Shown here piece after piece: positions 52,337-64,000 of a stretch of DNA of 64,000 nt. A model generated the notes under the pieces. The model was given only the letters and a program-made list of their open reading frames with translations, was not told where the DNA came from and searched no databases. The stretch is from the human T2T-CHM13v2.0 reference genome, Homo sapiens: NCBI RefSeq assembly GCF_009914755.1, contig NC_060928.1; one strand, written 5' to 3'. Positions within the stretch are counted from its first letter, which is position 1. The number at the start of each line of letters is the position of its first letter. A program made the translations under genes and the position numbers.

Positions 52337-54712
52337 CAAAAAGGGAGCTTATTGACTCAAGAACCTTAAAGTATGGGGCTAGTCTCTTAGAAAAAGATGA
52401 TTTAACATTAACCACTGATAATTCCCTTAACCCAGCAGGTTTTCTAAGGCGGGGGAGAGCAGGGATCTAAATCTTAATTAATTACTGTACAAAGGTCCGA
52501 CCAGACCTAGAAGGAACTCCCTTCAGGACAGGACAATAGATGTTTCCTCCCGGGTGATTGAGGGAAAAAGACAATGGGTATTCAGTAAGTAATAGGGAAA
52601 CTCCTGTAGAAGTAGAGTTAGGAAAATTGCCTAATAGTTGGTGAGTTGTTTGCACTCAGCCAAGCCTTAAAATACTTACAGAATCAGGAAGGAGTCATCT
52701 ATATCAATTCTAAGTTAAATTTGGACTAAATGAGGTCTTATTAATCACAAAGGATAATTGAAATCCCAAACTTACAAGGTTTTCAACAAAAGTAAAGTTT
52801 CCTAAAAGTTAAGTGTCACATGTATTATCCTAACTTCTAATCTTGTGGCCTTAGGCAGTCTAGTCCACAGACATGAAGAAAGTTTGCTTTAGAAAAGAAT
52901 GGTTATCATCTTAGAGAGAGAGAAAAAAATTTGTTTTAAAGGTTTAAGCAAGTTTTGAAACATTAATTGTAAGGGGAATTCTGTGTGTAAACATTGGCTA
53001 AAGTTAAAGGGGTATCATCCAGTTTTTCTGTGAACTGGACATTAAAATAAAAGCACAACAGGTTTTTCTTAAAGCACTAACCTGCTCTTTAACAACAATT
53101 TAAAAGGTTAAAAAGAGTCTATAAAAATCTTACCTTATGGTCAGACATTAAAATTGGATAAATATGTCCATAAAGTTTTATTAAAATTAAGTTTAACATT
53201 AATAACACACTAATATAAAGGTAAAATTCAGCTTATCTGGTATAAAATCATGCAGGAAGCATTGTCAAATATAAAATGGTGTTTGGCTTTCTTTGGCCTA
53301 AAAACTAATAAAAATAGGTGCTAACGGAAATTTCTCAGCAAGAAGACACTAAGGACTGTAAAATCCACTGCTGATATCCCCACATTTAAAACAAAAAATC
53401 AATTTCTTGGAAATTATATACTTGGTTTCTCTTCCACCTTCTCTTCCCTTAAAACAAAAGGTCTTTTAGCACAGGCGCCGCCCTTGGAGTTTCCAGTACA
53501 CCAGCACCACCCTGGGGATCACGTTCCCATCAAAGGGTAGAAAGAAGGGAAACTCAAGCCAGCCTGGGAAGGACGCTGCCTTGTGCTGCTACCCACCAAG
53601 ACTGCTGTTCCTACAGCAGAACGGGGATGGACACAGCACACCCGAGTCAAGCAAGCGCCATTATCATAAGAATCATGGGCCACTGTTCCTGGATCAAGCC
53701 CTACCAAATAAAAGCTAAGAAAAGCTTAGTCTATCTCTCTTTTCCTTTCCTAACCCAGTGCCTATATCCATTACTATTCCTACCACTAGCAACTCTAACC
53801 CCACTTTAAAGCGTTTCTGTGGTCTAGGAGCAGAGGTCACTGGAAAGGATCCATAGGCTTCTTTAAGATGCGCTTTGTTCTCCCTCCTCCACCTCCTACA
53901 ACTGCCCCTTTCCTAAACCTACGAAATCAAACTATGCCTCGCCTCATGCCAAATGACAAAAGCAAGGTCTCAGTAGTAGAACTAGGAGACCTAAGGTAAA
54001 CCACAGCCATTGAAACAGGGTATAAAGATGTAAATGCCTGGTTAAAATGGATTAAATATTCCATTCGCACTTCAAACAAAAGCGACTGTTAGGCTTTTGC
54101 GTACAGTAGGCCAAAGGCCCAGGTTGTTCCCTTTCCACTGGGATGGTCCTCAAATCAAGCGGACATAGAGTGCATGGTACCTCTTTTTCAAGATTCCACT
54201 GCCTGGAATAACAAATTGTACCAAGCTCTTTCTCTGCTATTTCCTGAAGCTCAACACCCTGTGGGTCAGCCCCCGAGTGCCATCCAGCCTCCATCTTCCA
54301 AAACCAATTTTACCTCTAGTCTCTAATGACAAGAGGAAAATTTTGGCATTCCTTGGAGACTTAACAGGATGCAGTGAAGTCAGGCACTTCCAAGAGCTGA
54401 CCCATCAGTCTGCCCTTATTCATCCCCGAGCGGACGTATGGTGGTATTATGGAGGACCTTTACTGGACACTCTGCCAAATAATTAGAGTGGTACTTATGC
54501 TCTAGTTCAATTGGCTATCCCTTTTACCTTGGCATTTCATCAACAGAAAAAGAAAAAATCCATAGCCTGAATTCTTACCTCTTTAACAACTATAATAAGT
54601 ATACTCCTTCTTCTTAGGTATTATGTTGTACCATACGTCCAGGAGTTAATCAAAACAACTAAGCCAAGACATGTTAAGCAAGTTTGAAGAGGAAAACTAA
54701 AAGAGGAGGGAT

Positions 54713-55510
<798 letters not shown>

Positions 55511-56214
55511 TCTTACATATCCTTATTAGATTTATTCCTAGACATATATTTTATGCCATTGTGAATTGTACCTTTGAAACATACAAATTTTTGTTCGTTG
55601 ATGAGAAATAAAAATGTACAATTTCCTGTTTGTTGCTGGGAAATAGAAATAATATTTATGAACAGATTTTTATCTCCAGCAACCTCCCCAAACTGCCTAC
55701 TAGTTCTGATACCTTATCTGTGGATGCCATTGGAGTTTCTATTATTGGAGTTTCATATAATCATCAAATAATGACAGCGTTATTTCTTACTTAGCAGTCC
55801 TTATATGTTTTATTTCTTTTTCTGATTTATTGAGATGGCTAGGGACTTAAAGCACTGACTCTAAGGATAATTGAATTTAGATTCATATTTTGAAGGTAGA
55901 GCCAACAGGATTTGCTGACAGATTGCATTTAGGCTATGAGAGAAAGACAGGAATCAAGGTTGAGTTTAGGGTTTTTGGCCTGAGCAACTGGAAAAATGGC
56001 TTTGCCGTTTACTGCAGGCAATACCAGTAGTTTGTTGAACATATAGTGCAGTTAATTAAATGAAGAAAGACAAAAATGCTCACTGATATTTATTAGCAAT
56101 GATCTTTCTAACAGATGTTAGCCTGGTATTCCACTTTTGAACTAACTCACTCCAGTAAGGATTTACATTTACAAATACTCCCAGGAGGGTTTAACTTACG
56201 GCTTTCTGTTCAGC

Positions 56215-56230
56215 CACTGCCATCTACAGG
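56215..56230 (-). promoter_or_regulatory. Candidate CTCF site about 2.2 kb upstream of the SRD5A3 ATG
   Basis: Reverse strand CCTGTAGATGGCAGTG, one mismatch to the core consensus. Confidence 0.4.
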
Positions 56231-56279
56231 GGGCTTCTCTGAATATAAACTGTGCATGCTGATTAAAATCTAAAAAATA

Positions 56280-56568
<289 letters not shown>

Positions 56569-56844
56569 TCTAAAAAATATATGGGATGATTTTCCCCTCC
56601 AGCCTCCTCAACCCTTCCTGTTTCCACTACACACACACTCACACATACACACACACTTATCTTGTTTTCAATCTTGCCCCAGGTCAGACAACTGTAAGAG
56701 AAACTCCTACAGAGAAACTGTAAGGAAACTGAGTCCCTGCAATGCACTTACAAGTAGCTTCTCTGAAAAGAAAAAGATCATGGACAGACCAGCTGCATTT
56801 ACAGAGAGTTAACCTAAGAAAAATAAAGAAACAGTGAAGGGGTG

Positions 56845-57210
<366 letters not shown>

Positions 57211-58249
57211 TCAATAAGGCCTCATTGTCCTAGCTAGAATGCCAATTTAACCATCCTTAATCACCTGGCTGTCAAAGGACGGGTAAAGCCTTAGGTGTCT
57301 TTTGCACAAAGAAGAAAACTTTAAAAGCTTGCTCATTTAACAGTCCAAAGTCCCACTAACCTACCCACCCTGATGTTTATTCAACACACATATCGGGTAT
57401 CTCATTGGGGTAAGGGTGATGAGTTGGCTACCTCTCCCCTCTTCCACTTCTCACCCACCACCCAATCTCAAAAATGTAAGCTCCAAATAAGCAGTGACAA
57501 TTATCTTGTAAACCCCTCTGTCCTCAGTATCCAAAATGATGCCTGTCATACAGTAGGCATACAATACTTCAGAATTAACATTTTAAAGACTTTTAAATAC
57601 TTAAAAGAGCTAGATTTTCACTTATAGTAAATAAAATCAGTGTTGTTTAAAATCAGTGAGTCAATAAATAGCATTGTCACTACCTGAGATAAATGTTACA
57701 GGAAACAGCTGATGGAATTTAAAAACTTTGCTTCTAAGGATTGGAACCCTATTGGTAAGCGACTGCTGTTTTTTAAACACAGTTTTTACCACTATGATTT
57801 TTATTATTATGTGCAATTACTTGTCTACATGTTTACATTATACACATATCCAACACATTTCCAGCATCCTAACATAATTATTCATTTTTGGGTGTGATCT
57901 GCCTTCTTTATCCATATATACACACATTCATATTAATATAGTTGTTTGCAATCATAGCTATGTATTTTTATGGTTGGTTTTGTTTTTCACTTCACATATT
58001 GTTTCCTAAACAGCTTTCCCTGTTTCTACACTCGTCATAATAATTCTCAATGACTGCATGATATTCTAACATGTCAGTGTATCATAATTTAGCTAAATAA
58101 ACTAAAATGCAACATGTAAGGTTTCCATTTTTTGCTTTGGAGATAATGTTGATAAGAGTGGCAGACACGTGGTCTCGTCTGTTTTGCGTCTTTGCTTCTG
58201 ATGAATCATATTCTGGAGCTCCATCTAAGAATCCCCATGCCCAGATTAG

Positions 58250-59290
<1,041 letters not shown>

Positions 59291-59473
59291 GACTTTCGAA
59301 AAATTCTGTAACCCAGTTCAGCGAAGGATTAAATCGTCAGGGTTTAAATAGAGACCTGTTATAATTTTCTTCTTCTCCTTTTTCCACTTTAAATTCAGGA
59401 CATAGCTGGAAAGAGTTGGCCAAATACTATTCGAGATGGTAGAAATAGAACAGTGCCCCTTAAGATGCATCTT

Positions 59474-59765
59474 AGGCCGGGCGCAGTGGCTCACGCCTGT
59501 AATCCCAGCACTTTAGGAGGCTGAGGCAGGCGGATCGCTTGAGTTCAGGAGTTCGAGACCAGGCTGGGAAATATAGTGAGACTCCGTCTCTCCTGAAAAT
59601 ACAAAAAATTGGCAGGGCTTGGTGGCATGTGCCTGTAGTGCCAGCTACTTGGAATGAAGGCAGGAAGATCATCTGAGATCAGGCATTGGAGACTGCAGTG
59701 GGCTATAATCATGGCACTGCACTCTAGCCTGGGCAACAGAGAAATACCTTGTATTTAAAAAAAAA
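59474..59765 (+). mobile_element. Alu in intron 1 (sense)
   Basis: Dimeric Alu. Confidence 0.9.
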
Positions 59766-61162
59766 TTTTTTTTAAAGGTTAAAAACATCTGGGTTGTCGC
59801 TTGAAACACTCATAGGCAGTGCCCCAGGTCCGCAGGCAACAAAGGGACAAGTATAATTTGGCTTCTAAAACTTGGATAATCTGCGAATTTTGACTGTCAG
59901 AGAAAGATGTGTCATGTGTTAACACAGAGAAGGGAGAACTAGGTCATTCTGAGGCACCCTAAAGGGAAGAAGTAGAAGTACATGAAACAAATTGATCAAA
60001 CCTCCTGTTTCCTAGAGGCTCTTTTTAAGCAAAAATTACCTGTTATCCCATTTGTAATCAGGGTTGAATCCTTTTATACTTCACAGCAATTTATTTTCTG
60101 AGTTTTGAGAAAGGTACTAGTCTAGTGTACCTGGATTAAATGGCACATGTAAAATCATCCCCTGAACTTGCATACACCCCAGCTGTTGCAACTCAAGTCT
60201 GTTATTACATGACAGCCAAGAAAGAGACTTGGTACCTTTTCCTTATTCATTACTGTAACAGTTGGTTCTGTTTGGACTTCCTGTAATTTCTACTCTATTG
60301 TGAAATAATTTACACCTTTTTCTTCTTCCAGAATTCTACAGTAGAACCTCCCATAGTGTTCAAGTGCCCTTCCCCTCCTTCTCTAAATTTAAACAGACAT
60401 TTCTTTTAGTACTGGAGAAGGTACAAAACATCCAGACCAATAATGAAAGGCATTTTTATTGTGACAAAAAAAAGATAACTTGCATCAAAACTGGCAGTGT
60501 CTCCAAAAAATTAATACATGTATTACTCTCTTTTTAAATTTTATACCCCTGTTTATATGAAATAGGCAGATAGTTAGAGTTGGGTGGAGGTAAGAGTCTA
60601 TGGCCTCTTTTTTATACGTCTCTGTATTTTCCAAAATGTCTTCATTCACAAGATGCTTATCACTTTTATCATTTAAAAAAATGTGCTAATGGCTAAGGAG
60701 CATGTGGGAGAGATTTTACTGGTTTATAAATAGTAACCACCATTGACTAAATGTTTACATATATGATTATGTGATGACTACTAAGGAGTACGTGCCTTTC
60801 CTCATTTAATCCTCACAGTGGACCTGTGAGGAAGATGTTATTGTCATTATTCCCATTTACACACATGCAGACTCAAGCTTAGAAGATAGCAGTTGTGCAG
60901 TGATGCTAGTACTAGCAAGGGTGGTACCTGAACCCTGCCTGTTGGAATTTAAATCCCAAGCTCTTATCCTCTGGTATACTTCGTGGGAAATATCTTGTAC
61001 CATGTGAAGCTCAATCTGTGTGAAAGATTAAGTGAGAATGGATTTATCCCAGATGGTAGCATTTAGTAAATATCTTGGTTAATCCAAATTTAAAATCATT
61101 TGGTAACGTTAACCTTGATACTTATATGTGAATATTTTTCCTGTGCAAAATCTAGTAGTACT

Positions 61163-61463
61163 CTTTTGTTTTGTTTTTTTGAGATGGAGTCTCGCTCTGT
61201 CGCCCAGGCTGGAACGTAGTGGCTCAATCTTAGCTCACTGCAACCTCTGCCTCCTGGGTTCAAGCAATTCTCCTCCCTCAGTCTCCTGAGTAGCTGGGAC
61301 TAGAGGTGCACACCACCATGCCTGGCTAATTTTTGTATTTTTTAGTGGAGACGGGGTTTCAACATTTTGGCTAGGCTGGTCTTGAACTCGTGACCTCAAG
61401 TGATCCACCCACCTTGGCCTCCCAAAATGCTGGGATTACAGGCATGAGCCACTGCACCCGGCC
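61163..61463 (-). mobile_element. Alu in intron 1 (antisense)
   Basis: TSD TCTAG(T/C)AGTACTCTT. Confidence 0.92.
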
Positions 61464-62175
61464 CTCTAGCAGTACTCTTAAAAATGAAAATAAGTTCATA
61501 ATTGCTACAGTTAGAAATAGGCAGTTGTAAATCCCATTTCTGCAAATAAGGCAGTATGTAGGTAATTTTGTTTGGGATTATTTTTTTCTTTCCTACGGAG
61601 GCAAGAGTAAAACCTGAAATTGGTTCTTGGAATGTTTGTTTCCATGACTCCTGTCTGGTAGATTTTTTTTTTTTTTAAATAAGGTGATGGTTGCTTTTTT
61701 TTGTTTTCCTTTTGGTTCCTAGAGTTTTGATTTCCCAGGAACTCTGAATAAACAGGTGACCTCGAACATGTATCATGATGCTCTGGGTTGCATAGTGAAT
61801 GTAGAAGAACTTCTTAAATTTCAAAATGATTCCAAATGGTATCGAAGCTTTGGAATTGAATTGGGCTCTAGAGGCAAAAAGAGCTGCCCAGACTTTCCCC
61901 ACTGAAGTCCAGGGAGCATTAACTGGAGGTTCAGAGGATCTGTGGATAGAATTCAGGGCAAACTTGGATTGAAAGAAAGTTATGTCTTTATTTTCACTAA
62001 CCTCTAGCTGAAATTTAGCATTGCCTTAATTATGAATATAATCTACAAACTACGGTAGAATTAGCAGTATCTGTAACTCTGTGATAGTTTTTTTATATTA
62101 CATTAAGAATATTGATGATACCTCAAAATATTACTGTTTTCCTTGTTATGAGAACACTGTAGTCTTTCATCACTA

Positions 62176-62541
<366 letters not shown>

Positions 62542-62888
62542 TTAGTAGTTGCATTGCTTGTATGTCACTATAATTGGTTTCCTTTGTAAGCCTGCTGCAT
62601 TTTACTTTATGCTTGTATAATTTTTTTTTGTAAATTGACAGTTTATCATTGTATAAATTTATAGGTTACAAAGTGATGTCATAAATTGTGAATGCAATGT
62701 GGAATAATTAAATCAAGCTAGTTAACATATCCAATACTTCAAATACACTTCTGTGATGAGAACATCAATTTTGAAATGTATAACACTCTATTATTAAGTA
62801 TATGCAACACACTGTATAACGTAAATCAAAAAAAGCATAAAACATATTCTTCCTGTCTGAGATTTCGTACCTTTTGACCATCATTAAA

Positions 62889-63513
<625 letters not shown>

Positions 63514-63557
63514 TGAGACAAAATATCAATTTCAAAACAGCATCAAAAAGTGAGCAG

Positions 63558-63794
<237 letters not shown>

Positions 63795-64000
63795 GGGGTG
63801 AGCATATTTAACCATCCTCAGCTCATAATAGAGCAAATAGGTCAACAGAATAATAATTCATGCTCTTGCATGTGTAATGAACTGGCAGCAAGAGAAAGCT
63901 GGTTGAAGAAAGGCAGAGGAACTGTGTCTTATGAGAATTAGAATCAAGGGGCTCCATAATCATCTGGCATTCATTCAATGTTGTATCTATGGTTAGAAAT

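Noticed and set aside
54667-54685. AGACATGTTAAGCAAGTTT as a p53 element
   Set aside because: The CWWG cores are 9 rather than 10 bp apart, so the half-sites overlap

Overview
Primate (almost certainly human, 4q12) genomic DNA. About 58 kb of repeat-dense intergenic sequence precede the CpG-island promoter, first coding exon (ATG 58465, donor after 58685) and first ~5.3 kb of intron 1 of SRD5A3. No other host protein-coding exon is recognisable; most ORF-track entries are Alu, L1 or ERV translations or chance ORFs. Contents: about 38 Alu copies, a full-length decayed L1PA (9275-15404) inside a MER41 LTR, a two-LTR HERV-I/LTR10 provirus (50631-55510), several solo LTRs, a complete Tigger3-type transposon, old L1M/L2/MIR pieces and a U6 retrocopy. 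The most notable items are a 131-bp mitochondrial 12S NUMT inside an Alu, a 3'-transduced tail and open ORF0 on the L1 beside two GAS motifs, a tRNA-Glu 5'-fragment retrocopy abutting an Alu, and two candidate Alu poison exons in SRD5A3 intron 1. I found no wholly new multi-gene system. Repeat subfamily names come from recalled consensus sequences and need RepeatMasker/Dfam confirmation; repeat boundaries are approximate unless a TSD is given.
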